Positions 11,001-25,200 of a DNA stretch of 64,000 nucleotides are shown here, one piece after another. Where the stretch lies: the NCBI RefSeq assembly GCF_009914755.1, contig NC_060948.1; one strand, 5' to 3'. Every line of letters starts with the position of its first letter. The first letter of the stretch is position 1. Position numbers and translations under genes: made by a program. Under the pieces are notes generated by a model that saw only the letters and a program-made list of their open reading frames with translations, had not been told where the DNA came from and did no database searches. This DNA is from the human T2T-CHM13v2.0 reference genome, Homo sapiens.

Positions 11001-14000
11001 AGGCCTGGAATAAAGTGGAATGCTACGGTCTCGAATGGAATAAAAATGTATGGAATGGAATGCAATGAAACGGAATCGAATGTCATAGAATGTAATGGAA
11101 TGCAAAAAAATGGAATCCAAAATCATTGACTGGAAAGGCTGTGTGTCGAAAGGAATTGACTCCAATGGAATGGAATCGAATGGAATGGAAGTGAATAGAA
11201 TCGAACTAAATCGAATGGAATGGAATTGATAGGAACGGAATGGAAAGGAATGCAATGATTTGGCATGGAATGGAATCGAATGGCATCGAACGGAATGGAA
11301 TGGAATGCAATGGAATGGAATGTATTAGAATGTAATGAACATTAATGGAATGTACTCGAATGGATTCGACTGGAATGGAATGTTCTAGAAGTGAATGGAC
11401 TCCAATGGAATGGATTCGAAAGGAATGGAATCGAACGGAATGGCATCTAATGGAATGGAATTAAATGGAAATGAATCAAATTGAATAGCACGGAATTGAA
11501 TTGAATGGAATCGAATGCAATGGAATCTAATGAAACGGAAAGGAAAGGAATGGAATGGAATGGAATGGGCTGGAATGGAATGGAATCGAAACGAATGGAA
11601 TGGAATCGAACTGAAGAGACTGGAATGGAATGCACTGGAATGGAAGGGAGTGTAGTGGAAGGTTCTCAAAAAAAATGGAATCGAATGGAATGGAATTGAA
11701 TGGAACGGAATAGAGTCGAATGGAATTGAATGGAATGGAATGGACTAGAGTGAAATGGAATCGAACCACAAGGAATGGACTGGAATAGAATGGTCTCGAA
11801 TTGAAAGGAATCGTATGGAATGGCATCAAACGGAATGGAATGGACAGCCACGGAATGGAATGCACTCGAATGCAATGGAGTCGAAACTAATGGACTGGAA
11901 TAGAATGGACTCGACTGGTACGGACTCCAATGTAATGGAATCGAATGGAAGGGAATCGAACGCAATGGACTCGAAGGGAAAAGACTGCAATGGAAAGGTC
12001 TCGAATGGAATGGAAATTAATGGAATGGAATGGAATCGAATGAAATGGAGTCAAAAGGAATGGAATCGAATGGCAAGAAATCGAATGGAATGGAATCACA
12101 AGGAATTGATGTGAACGGAACGGAATGGAATGGAATCCAAAGGAATGGAATAGAATGGAATGGAATCGAATGGAAAGGACTCGAATGGAAATCACTCGAA
12201 TAGAATGCAATTTAATAAAATAGGATCAAATGTAATGGAATGGAATGGAAAGGAATCGAAATGAAAGGAATGGAGACAGATGGAATGGAATGGAACAGAG
12301 AGCAATGGTATAGAATGGAATGGAATCATCTGGAATGGAATTGAATGGAATGGAATAATATGAAATGGAATGGAATGGAATGGAATGCCCTTGAATTAAA
12401 TGGACTGGAATGGAATGGACTCGAACAGAGTGGAATGGAAAGTGTTGAAATAGAATGGAATGGACTCCTTTGGAATGGTCTAGTATGCAATGCAATCGAC
12501 TGGCAGGGAATCAAAAGGAATGTAATGGAATGGATTGGACTGGAATGCAATGGACTCGAATAGATTGGAAACGGAATGCAAAGGAATGGAATGGAATAGT
12601 ATGGAATGGAATGGAAAGGAATGGAGTGGAATAGACTAGAGTGGAATGGAATGGACTGGAAAGCAATGGACTGGAATGGAACTTTATTGAATGGACTGGA
12701 ATCAAACGGAATGGAATGCAATGCAATCAAATGGCATGGAATAAAATAGAATGAAAGAGAATCAAATGGAATTGAATCGAATGGAATCGAATGGATTGGA
12801 AAGGAATAGAATGGAATGGAATGGAATTGACTCAAATGGAATGGACTAGAATGGAATGGATTCGAATGGAAGGCAAAGGAATGGAATCTATTGGAATGGA
12901 CTGTAATGGAATGGAATGGAAGGGATTGGAATGGACTCGAATGGAATGGACTGCAATAGAAAGGATTCGAATGGAATGAAAAAGAATTGAATGGAATAGA
13001 ACAGAATGGAATCAAATCGAATGAAATGCAATGGAATAGAAAGGAATGGAATGAAATGGAATGGAAAGGATTCGAATGGAATGCAATCGAATGGAATGGA
13101 ATCGAACGGAATGGAATAAAATGGAAGAAAACTGGCAAGAAATGGAATCGAAATGAATGGAGTGTTATGGAACGGACTCAAAAGGAATTGAATGTAATAG
13201 AATGGAGTGGAGTGGACTCGAATATAATGGACTGGAATGGAATGAAATCACATGGAATGGGAACGAATGGAATGGAATGGAAAGGAATGGAATCGAATGG
13301 AAAGGAATCGAATGGAAGGGAATGAAATTGAATCAACAGGAATGGAAGGGAATAGAATAGACGGTAATGGAATGGACTCGAATAGAATGGACACGAATGT
13401 TCAAATTGAATGGACTCGAATGGAATGGAAACGAAAGGAATGTCATCGAATGGAATTGAATCGATTGGAATGAAATCGCATAGAATGGAGTGGAATCAAA
13501 TGGAATTGAATCGAAAGGAAAGGAAGCGAATGGACTGAAATGAAATGGAATGGAATTGAATGGAAAGTAATGCAATGGAATAGAATGGAAAGAAATTTCA
13601 CAGAATGGAATCAAACTGAATGGAATCAAATCAATGGAATCTAATCAAATGGAATGGAAAGGAATTGAATGGAGTAGATGGGATTGGATGGGATTGGAAT
13701 GAAATGTACTGGAAAAGACTCGAATTTTATGAAACGGAATGGAATGAATTGGAACGGAATGGACTCGAATGGAATGGAATGTCATGGAATGGCATCAAAT
13801 GGAATGGCATCAAATGGAATGGAATCGAATGCAATGGAATGCTATGGAATGGAATGGAATGCATTGGAATGGAATGTCCTCTAATGGAATGGATTCGAGT
13901 GGAATGGAATCGAATATAATGGAGTCGAATGAAATGGAATTGAAAGGAATGGGATCGAATACAATGGAATATACTGGAATGTAACGTAATGAACTCGAAT

Positions 14001-14548
14001 GTAATTGACTGGAATGGAATGTACATGAATGGAATGTAATCGAATGGAAAGTAATCCAATGGAATAGAATCTAATGCAATAAAATCGACTCAAATAGAAT
14101 AGAATGTAATGGAATGGAGGGCAGTGCAATGGAATAGAATGGAATGGAATGCAATGCAATGGAATGTAATGGAATGGAATGGAATGGGATGGAATGGTAT
14201 GGAATGGATAGTAATGACTGGAGTGAAATGGACTGGAAAGGAATGGACTCAAATTGAAAGGGCTCGAAAGGAATGGAGTCAAATGGAATGGTCTGGAATG
14301 GAATGAACACGAATGTAATGCAATCCAATAGAATGGAATCGAATGGCATGGAATATAAAGAAATGGAATCGAAGAGAATGGAAACAAATGGAATGGAATT
14401 GAATGGAATGGAATTGAATGGAATGGGAAGGAATGGAGTGAAATTGTATGCAGTAGAAGAGAATCGAATGGAACGCAAGCGAAAGGAAAGGAATGGATTG
14501 CAATGGAATGGAATTCATTGGAATGGAAGGGAATGTAGTGTAATGGAC
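11001..14548 (+). repeat. DYZ1 unit U3 (3548 bp)
   Basis: AGGCCT at 11001 and 14549; XbaI at 11384; 1-bp deletion near 14216 (GTAATGACTG). Confidence 0.92.
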
Positions 14549-17500
14549 AGGCCTGGAATAAAGTGGAATGCTACGGTCTCGAATGGAATAAAAATGTATG
14601 GAATGGAATGCAATGAAACGGAATCGAATGTCATAGAATGTAATGGAATGCAAAAAAATGGAATCCAAAATCATTGACTAGAAAGGCTGTGTGTCGAAAG
14701 GAATTGACTCCAATGGAATGGAATCGAATGGAATGGAAGTGAATAGAATCGAACTAAATCGAATGGAATGGAATTGATAGGAACGGAATGGAAAGGAATG
14801 CAATGATTTGGCATGGAATGGAATCGAATGGCATCGAATGGAATGGAATGGAATGCAATGGAAAGGAATGTATTAGAATGTAATGAACATTAATGGAATG
14901 TACTCGAATGGATTCGACTGGAATGGAATGTTCTAGAAGTGAATGGACTCCAATGGAATGGATTCGAAAGGAATGGAATCGAACGGAATGGCATCTAATG
15001 GAATGGAATTAAATGGAAATGAATCAAATTGAAAAGCACGGAATTGAATTGAATGGAATCGAATGCAATGGAATCTAATGAAACGGAAAGGAAAGGAATG
15101 GAATGGAATGGAATGGGCTGGAATGGAATGGAATCGAAACGAATGGAATGGAATCGAACTGAAGAGACTGGAATGGAATGCACTGGAATGGAAGGGAGTG
15201 TAATGGAAGGTTCTCGAAAAAAATGGAATCGAATGGAATGGAATTGAATGGAACGGAATAGAGTCGAATGGAATTGAATGGAATGGAATGGACTAGAGTG
15301 AAATGGAATCGAACCACAAGGAATGGACAGGAATAGAATGGTCTCGAATTGAAAGGAATCGTATGGAATGGCATCAAAAGGAATGGAATGGACAGCCACG
15401 GAATGGAATGCACTCGAATGCAATGGAGTCGAAACTAATGCACTGGAATAGAATGGACTCGACTGGTACGGACTCCAATGGAATGGAATCGAATGGAAGG
15501 GAATCGAACGCAATGGACTCGAAGGGAAAATACTGCAATGGAAAGGTCTCGAATGGAATGGAAATTAATGGAATGGAATGGAATCGAATGAAATGGAGTC
15601 AAAAGGAATGGAATCGAATGGCAAGAAATCGAATGTAATGGAATCACAAGGAATTGATGTGAACGGAACGGAATGGAATGGAATCCAAAGGAATGGAATA
15701 GAATGGAATGGAATCGAATGGAAAGGACTCGAATGGAAATCACTCGAATAGAATGCAATTTAATAAAATAGGATCAAATGTAATGGAATGGAATGGAAAG
15801 GAATCGAAATGAAAGGAATGGAGACAGATGGAATGGAATGGAACAGAGAGCAATGGTATAGAATGGAATGGAATCATCTGGAATGGAATTGAATGGAATG
15901 GAATAATATGAAATGGAATGGAATGGAATGTAATGCCCTTGAATTAAATGGACTGGAATGGAATGGACTCGAACAGAGTGGAATGGAAAGTGTTGAGATA
16001 GAATTGAATGGACTCCTTTGGAATGGTCTAGTATGCAATGCAATCGACTGGCAGGGAATCAAAAGGAATGTAATCGAATGGATTGGAGTGGAATGCAATG
16101 GACTCGAATAGATTGGAAACGGAATGTAAAGGAATGGAATGGAATAGTATGGAATGGAATGGAAAGGAATGGAGTGGAATAGACTAGAGTGGAATGGAAT
16201 GGACTGGAAAGCAATGGACTGGAATGGAACTTTCTTGAATGGACTGGAATCAAACGGAATGGAATGCAATGCAATCAAATGGCATGGAATAAAATAGAAT
16301 GAAAGAGAATCAAATGGAATTGAATCGAATGGAATCGAATGGATTGGAAAGGAATAGAATGGAATGGAATGGAATTGACTCAAATGGAATGGACTAGAAT
16401 GGAATGGATTCGAATGGAAGGCAAAGGAATGGAATCTATTGGAATGGACTGTAATGGAATGGAATGGAAGGGATTGGAATGGACTCGAATGGAATGGACT
16501 GCAATAGAAAGGATTCGAATGGAATGAAAAAGAATTGAATGGAATAGAACAGAGTGGAATCAAATCGAATGAAATGGAATGGAATAGAAAGGAATGGAAT
16601 GAAATGGAGTGGAAAGGATTCGAATGGAATGCAATCGAATGGAATGGAATCGAACGGAATGGAATAAAATGGAAGAAAACTGGCAAGAAATGGAATCGAA
16701 ATGAATGGAGTGTTATGGAACGGACTCAAAAGGAATTGAATGTAATAGAATGGAGTGGAGTGGACTCGAATATAATGGACTGGAATGGAATGAAATCACA
16801 TGGAATGGGAACGAATGGAATGGAATGGAATGGAAGGGAATGAAATTGAATCAACAGGAATGGAAGGGAATAGAATAGACGGTAATGGAATGGACTCGAA
16901 TAGAATGGACACGAATGCTCAAATTGAATGGACTCGAATGGAATGGAAAAGAAAGGAATGTCATCGAATGGAATTGAATCGATTGAAATGAAATCGCATA
17001 GAATGGAGTGGAATCAAATGGAATTGAATCGAAAGGAAAGGAAGCGAATGGACTGAAATGAAATGGAATGGAATTGAATGGAAAGTAATGCAATGGAATA
17101 AAATGGAACGAAATTTCACGGAATGGAATCAAACTGAATGGAATCAAATCAATGGAATATAATCAAATGGAATGGAAAGGAATAGAATGGAGTAGATTGG
17201 ATTGGATGGGATTGGAATGAAATGGAATGGAAAGGACTCGAATTTCAGGAAACAGAAGGGAATGAATTGGAACGGAATGGACTCGAATGGAATGGAATGT
17301 CATGGAATGGCATCAAATGGAATGGCATCAAATGGAATGGAATCGAATGCACTGGAATGCTATGGAATGGAATGGAATGCATTGGAATGGAATGTCCTCT
17401 AATGGAATGGATTCGAGTGGAATGGAATCGAATATAATGGAGTCGAATGAAATGGAATTGAAATGAATGGGATCGAATACAATGGAATATACTGGAATGA

Positions 17501-18052
17501 AACGTAATGAACTCGAATGTAATTGACTGGAATGGGATGTACATGAATGGAATGTAATCGAATGGAAAGTAATCCAATGGAATAGAATCCAATGCAATAA
17601 AATCGACTCAGATAGAATAGAATATAATAGAATGGAGTGCAGTGCAATGGAATGGAATGGAATGGAATGCAATGGAATGGAATGGAATGGCATGGAATAG
17701 AATGGGACGGAATGGTATGGAATGGATAGTAATGGACTGGAGTGAAATGGGCTGGAAAGCAATGGACTCAATTTGAAAGCGCTCGAAACGAATGGAGTCA
17801 AATGGAATGGTCCGGAATGGAATGAACACGAATGTAATGCAATCCAATAGAATGGAATCGAATGGCATGGAATATAAAGAAATGGAATCGAAGAGAATGG
17901 AAACAAATGGAATGGAATTGAATGGAATGGGAACGAATGGAGTGAAATTGTATGCAGCAGAAGAGTATAGAATGGAATGCAAGCAAAAGGAAAGGAATGG
18001 ATTGGAATGGAATGGAATTCATTGGAATGGAAGGGAATGTAGTGTAATGGAC
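14549..18052 (+). repeat. DYZ1 unit U4 (3504 bp, variant)
   Basis: AGGCCT at 14549 and 18053; XbaI at 14932; 30-bp deletion near 16830 and 15-bp deletion near 17915. Confidence 0.9.
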
Positions 18053-21000
18053 AGGCCTGGAATAAAGTGGAATGCTACGGTCTCGAATGGAATAAAAATG
18101 TATGGAATGGAATGCAATGAAACGGAATCGAATGTCATAGAATGTAATGGAATGCAAAAAAATGGAATCCAAAATCATTGACTGGAAAGGCTGGGTGTCG
18201 AAAGGAATTGACTCCAATGGAATGGAATCGAATGGAATGGAAGTGAATAGATTCGAACTAAATCGAATGGAATGGAATTGATAGGAACTGAATGGAAAGG
18301 AATGCAATGCTTTGGCATGGAATGGAATCGAATGGCATCGAATGGAATGGAATGGAATGCAATGGAATGGAATGTATTAGAATGTAATGAACTTTAATGG
18401 AATGTACTCGAATGGATTCGATTGGAATGGAGTGTTCTGGAAGTGAATGGACTACAATGGAATGGATTCGAAAGAAATGGAATCGAACGGAATGGAATCT
18501 AATGGAATGGAATTAAATGGAAAGGAATCAAATTGAATAGCACGGAATTGAATTGAATGGAATCGAATGCAATGGAATCTAATGAAACGGAAAGGAAAGG
18601 AATAGAATGGAATGGAATGGGCTGTAATGGAAAGGAATCGAAACGAATGGAATGGAATCGAACTTAAGAGACTGGAATGGAATGCACTGGAATGGAAGGG
18701 AGTGTAATGGAAAGTTCTCGAAAAAAATGGAATCGAATGGAATGGAATTGAATGGAACGGAATTGAGTCGAATGGAATTGAATGGAATGGAATGGACTAG
18801 AGTGAAATGGAATCGAACCACAAGGAATGGACAGGAATAGAATGGTCTCGAATTGAATGGAATCGTATGGAATGGCATCAAACGGAATGGAATGGACAGC
18901 CACGGAATGGAATGCACTCGAATGCAATGGAGTCGAAACTAATGGACTGGAATAGAATGGACTCGACTGGTACGGACTCCAATGGAATGGAATCGAATGG
19001 AAGGGAATCGAACGGAATGGACTCGAAGGGAAAAGACTGCAATGGAAAGGTCTCGAATGGAATGGAAGTTAATGGAATGGAATGGAATCGAATGAAATGG
19101 AGTCAAAAGGAATGGAATCGAATGGCAAGAAATCGAATGTAATGGAATCGCAAGGAATTGATGTGAACGGAACGGAATGGAATGGAATCCAAAGGAATGG
19201 AATAGAATGGAATGGAATCGAATGGAAAGGACTCGAATGGAAATCACTCGAATAGAATGAAATTTAATAAAATAGGATCAAATGTAATGGAATGGAATGG
19301 AAAGGAATCAAAACGAAAGGAATGGAGACAGATGGAATGGAATGGAACAGAGAGCAATGGTATAGAATGGAATGGAATCATCTGGAATGGAATTGAATGG
19401 AATGGAATAATATGAAATGGAATGGAATGGAATGGAATGTCCTTGAATTAAATGGACTGGAATGGAATGGACTCGAACAGAGTGGAATGGAAAGTGTTGA
19501 GATAGAATGGAATGGACTCCTTTGGAATGGTCTAGTATGCAATGCAATCGACTGGCAGGGAATCAAAAGGAATGTAATCGAATGGATTGGACTGGAATGC
19601 AATGGACTCGAATAGATTGGAAACGGAATGTAAAGGAATGGAATGGAATAGTATGGAATGGAATGGAAAGGAATGGAGTGGAATAGACTAGAGTGGAATG
19701 GAATGGACTGGAAAGCAATGGACTGGAATGGAACTTTCTTGAATGGACTGGAATCAAACGGAATGGAATGCAATGCAATCAAATGGCATGGAATAAAATA
19801 GAATGAAAGAGAATCAAATGGAATTGAATCGAATGGAATCGAATGGATTGGAAAGGAATAGAATGGAATGGAATGGAATTGACTCAAATGGAATGGACTA
19901 GAATGGAATGGATTCGAATGGAAGGCAAAGGAATGGAATCTATTGGAATGGACTTTAATGGAATGGAATGGAAGGGATTGGAATGGACTCGAATGGAATG
20001 GACTGCAATAGAAAGGATTCGAATGGAATGAAAAAGAATTGAATGGAATAGAACAGAATGGAATCAAATCGAATGAAATGGAATGGAATAGAAAGGAATG
20101 GAATGAAATGGAATGGAAAGGATTCGAATGGAATGCAATCGAATGGAATGGAATCGAACGGAATGGAATAAAATGGAAGAAAACTGGCAAGAAATGGAAT
20201 CGAAATGAATGGAGTGTTACGGAACGGACTCAAAAGGAATTGAATGTAATAGAATGGAGTGGAGTGGACTCGAATATAATGGACTGGAATGGAATGAAAT
20301 CATATGGAATGGGAACGAATGGAATAGAATGGAAAGGAATGGAATCGAATGGAAAGGAATCGAATGGAAGGGAATGAAATTGAATCAACAGGAATGGAAG
20401 GGAATAGAATAGACGGTAATGGAATGGACTCGAATAGAATGGACACCAATGCTCAAATTGAATGGACTCGAATGGAATGGAAACGAAAGGAATGTCATCG
20501 AATGGAATTGAATCGATTGGAATGAAATCGCATAGAATGGAGTGGAATCAAATGGAATTGAATCGAAAGGAAAGGAAGCGAATGGACTGAAATGAAATGG
20601 AATGGAATTGAATGGAAAGTAATGCAATGGAATAGAATGGAACGAAATTTCACGGAATGGAATCAAACTGAATGGAATCAAATCAATGGAATCTAATCAA
20701 ATGGAATGGAAAGGAATTGAATGGAGTAGATTGGATTGGATGGGATTGGAATGAAATGTACTGGAAAGGACTCGAATTTCATGAAACGGAATGGAATGAA
20801 TTGGAACGGAATGGACTCGAATGGAATGGAATGTCATGGAATGGCATCAAATGGAATGGCATCAAATGGAATGGAATCGAATGCAATGGAATGCTATGGA
20901 ATGGAATGGAATGCATTGGAATGGAATGTCCTCTAATGGAATGGATTCGAGTGGAATGGAATCGAATATAATGGAGTCGAATGAAATGGAATTGAAAGGA

Positions 21001-21616
21001 ATGGGATCGAATACAATGGAATATACTGGAATGTAATGTAATGAGCTGGAATGTAATTGACTGGAATGGAATGTACATGAATGGAATGTAATCGAATGGA
21101 AAGTAATCCAATGGAATAGAATCTAATGCAATAATATCGACTCAGATAGAGTAGAATGTAATGGAATGGAGTGCAGTGAAATGGAATGGAATGGAATGGA
21201 ATGCAATGGAATGGAATGGAATGGAATGGAATGGAATGGAATGGAATGGAATGGGATGGAATGGTGTGGAATGGATAGTAATGGACTGGAGTGAAATGGA
21301 GTGGAAAGGAATGGACTCAAATTGAAAGGGCTCGAAAGGAATGGAGTCAAATGGAATGGTATGGAATGGAATGAACACGAATGTAAGGCAATCCAATAGA
21401 ATGGAATCGAATGGCATGGAATATAAAGAAATGGAATCGAAGAGAATGGAAACAAATGGAATGGAATTGAATGGAATGGAATTGAATGGAATGGGAACGA
21501 ATGGAGTGAAATTGTATGCAATAGAAGAGAATAGAATGGAATGCAAGCGAAAGGAAAGGAATAGATTGGAATGGAATGGAATTCATTGGAATGGAAGGGA
21601 ATGTAGTGTAATGGAC
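18053..21616 (+). repeat. DYZ1 unit U5 (3564 bp)
   Basis: AGGCCT at 18053 and 21617; pure (GGAAT)9 at 21208-21252. Confidence 0.92.
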
Positions 21617-21635
21617 AGGCCTGGAATAAAGTGGA
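21482..21635 (+). other. DYZ1 Y1.2/Y1.1 sexing-PCR amplicon (154 bp, representative copy)
   Basis: TTGAATGGAATGGGAACGAATGG at 21482, EcoRI GAATTC inside, GGACAGGCCTGGAATAAAGTGGA ending at 21635. The primer identity is from memory. Confidence 0.8.
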
Positions 21636-24600
21636 ATGCTACGGTCTCGAATGGAATAAAAATGTATGGAATGGAATGCAATGAAACGGAATCGAATGTC
21701 ATAGAATGTAATGGAATGCAAAAAATTGGAATCCAAAATCATTGACTGGAAAGGCTGGGTGTCGAAAGGAATTGACTCCAATGGAATGGAATCGAATGGA
21801 ATGGAAGTGAATAGAATCGAACTAAATCGAATGGAATGGAATTGATAGGAACGGAATGGAAAGGAATGCAATGATTTGGCATGGAATGGAATCGAATGGC
21901 ATCGAATGGAATGGAATGGAATGCAATGGAATGGAATGTATTAGAATGTAATGAACTTTAATGGAATGTACTCGAATGGATTCGACTGGAATGGAATGTT
22001 CTGGAAGTGAATGGACTCCAATGGAATGGATTCGAAAGGAATGGAATCGTACGGAATGGAATCTAATGGAATGGAATTAAATGGAAATGAATCAAATTGA
22101 ATAGCACGGAATTGAATTGAATGGAATCGAATGCAATGGAATCTAATGAAACGGAAAGGAAAGGAATGGAATGGAATGGAATGGGCTGGAATGGAAAGGA
22201 ATCGAAACGAATGGAATGGAATCGAACTGAAGAGACTGGAATGGAATGCACTGGAATGGAAGGGAGTGTAATGGAAGGTTCTCGAAAAAAATGGAATCGA
22301 ATGGAATGGAATTGAATGGAACGGAATAGAGTCGAATGGAATTGAATGGAATGGAATGGACTAGAGTGAAATGGAATCGAACCACAAGGAATGGACAGGA
22401 ATAGAATGGTCTCGAATTGAATGGAATCGTATGGAATGGCATCAAACGGAATGGAATGGACAGCCACGGAATGGAATGCACTCGAATGCAATGGAGTCGA
22501 AACTAATGGACTGGAATAGAATGGACTCGACTGGTACGGACTCCAATGGAATGGAATCGAATGGAAGGGAATCGAACGGAATGGACTCGAAGGGAAAAGA
22601 CTGCAATGGAAAGGTCTCGAATGGAATGGAAATTAATGGAATGGAATGGAATCGAATGAAATGGAGTCAAAAGGAATGGAATCGAATGGCAAGAAATCGA
22701 ATGTAATGGAATCGCAAGGAATTGATGTGAACGGAACGGAATGGAATGGAATCCAAAGGAATGGAATAGAATGGAATGGAATCGAATGGAAAGGACTCGA
22801 ATGGAAATCACTCGAATAGAATGCAATTTAATAAAATAGGATCAAATGTAATGGAATGGAATGGAAAGGAATCGAAACGAAAGGAATGGAGACAGATGGA
22901 ATGGAATGGAACAGAGAGCAATGGTATAGAATGGAATGGAATCATCTGGAATGGAATTGAATGGAATGGAATAATATGAAATGGAATGGAATGGAATGGA
23001 ATGGAATGCCCTTGAATTAAATGGACTGGAATGGAATGGACTCGAACAGAGTGGAATGGAAAGTGTTGAGATAGAATGGAATGGACTCCTTTGGAATGGT
23101 GTAGTATGCAATGCAATCGACTGGCAGGGAATCAAAAGGAATGTAATCGAATGGATTGGAGTGGAATGCAATGGACTCGAATAGATTGGAAACGGAATGC
23201 AAAGGAATGGAATGGAATAGTATGGAATGGAATGGAAAGGAATGGAGTGGAATAGACTAGAGTGGAATGGAATGGACTGGAAAGCAATGGACTGGAATGG
23301 AACTTTATTGAATGGACTGGAATCAAACGGAATGGAATGCAATGCAATCAAATGGCATGGAATAAAATAGAATGAAAGAGAATCAAATGGAATTGAATCG
23401 AATGGAATCGAATGGATTGGAAAGGAATAGAATGGAATGGAATGGAATTGACTCAAATGGAATGGACTAGAATGGAATGGATTCGAATGGAAGGCAAAGG
23501 AATGGAATCTATTGGAATGGACTGTAATGGAATGGAATGGAAGGGATTGGAATGGACTCGAATGGAATGGACTGCAATAGAAAGGATTCGAATGGAATGA
23601 AAAAGAATTGAATGGAATAGAACAGAATGGAATCAAATCGAATGAAATGGAATGGAATAGAAAGGAATGGAATGAAATGGAATGGAAAGGATTCGAATGG
23701 AATGCAATCGAATGGAATGGAATCGAACGGAATGGAATAAAATGGAAGAAAACTGGCAAGAAATGGAATCGAAATGAATGGAGTGTTATGGAACGGACTC
23801 AAAAGGAATTGAATGTAATAGAATGGAGTGGAGTGGACTCGAATATAATGGACTGGAATGGAATGAAATCACATGGAATGGGAACGAATGGAATGGAATG
23901 GAAAGGAATGGAATCGAATGGAAAGGAATCGAATGGAAGGGAATGAAATTGAATCAACAGGAATGGAAGGGAATAGAATAGACGGTAATGGAATGGACTC
24001 GAATAGAATGGACACGAATGCTCAAATTGAATGTACTCGAATGGAATGGAAACGAAAGGAATGTCATCGAATGGAATTGAATCGATTGGAATGAAATCGC
24101 ATAGAATGGAGTGGAATCAAATGGAATTGAATCGAAAGGAAAGGAAGCGAATGGACTGAAATGAAATGGAATGGAATTGAATGGAAAGTAATGCAATGGA
24201 ATAGAATGGAACGAAATTTCACGGAATGGAATCAAACTGAATGGAATCAAATCAATGGAATCAAATCAAATGGAATGGAAAGGAATTGAATGGAGTAGAT
24301 TGGATTGGATGGGATTGGAATGAAATGTACTGGAAAGGACTCGAATTTCATGAAACGGAATGGAATGAATTGGAACGGAATGGACTCGAATGGAATGGAA
24401 TGCCATGGAATGGCATCAAATGGAATGGCATCAAATGGAATGGAATCGAATGCAATGGAATGCTATGGAATGGAATGGAATGCATTGGAATGGAATGTCC
24501 TCTAATGGAATGGATTCGAGTGGAATGGAATCGAATATAATGGAGTCGAATGAAATGGAATTGAAAGGAATGGGATCGAATACAATGGAATATACTGGAA

Positions 24601-25200
24601 TGTAATGTAATGAACTCGAATGTAATTGACTGGAATGGAATGTACATGAATGGAATGTAATCGAATGGAAAGTAATCCAATGGAATAGAATCTAATGCAA
24701 TAAAATCGACTCAGATAGAGTAGAATGTAACGGAATGGAGTGGAGTGCAATGGAATGGAATGGAATGGAATGCAATGGAATGGAATGGAATGGAATGGAA
24801 TGGAATGGAATGGAATGGAATGGAATGGGATGGAATGGGATGGAATGGTATGGAATGGATAGTAATGGACTGGAGTGAAATGGACTGGAAAGGAATGGAC
24901 TCAAATTGAAAGGGCTCGAAAGGAATGGAGTCAAATGGAATGGTCTGGAATGGAATGAACACGAATGTAATGCAATCCAATAGAATGGAATCGAATGGCA
25001 TGGAATATAAAGAAATGGAATCGAAGAGAATGGAAACAAATGGAATGGAATTGAATGGAATGGAATTGAATGGAATGGGAACGAATGGAGTGAAATTGTA
25101 TGCAGTAGAAGGGAATAGAATGGAATGCAAGCGAAAGGAAAGGAATGGATTGGAATGGAATGGAATTCATTGGAATGGAAGGGAATTTAGTGTAATGGAC
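21617..25200 (+). repeat. DYZ1 unit U6 (3584 bp)
   Basis: AGGCCT at 21617 and 25201; pure (GGAAT)10 at 24777-24826. Confidence 0.92.
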
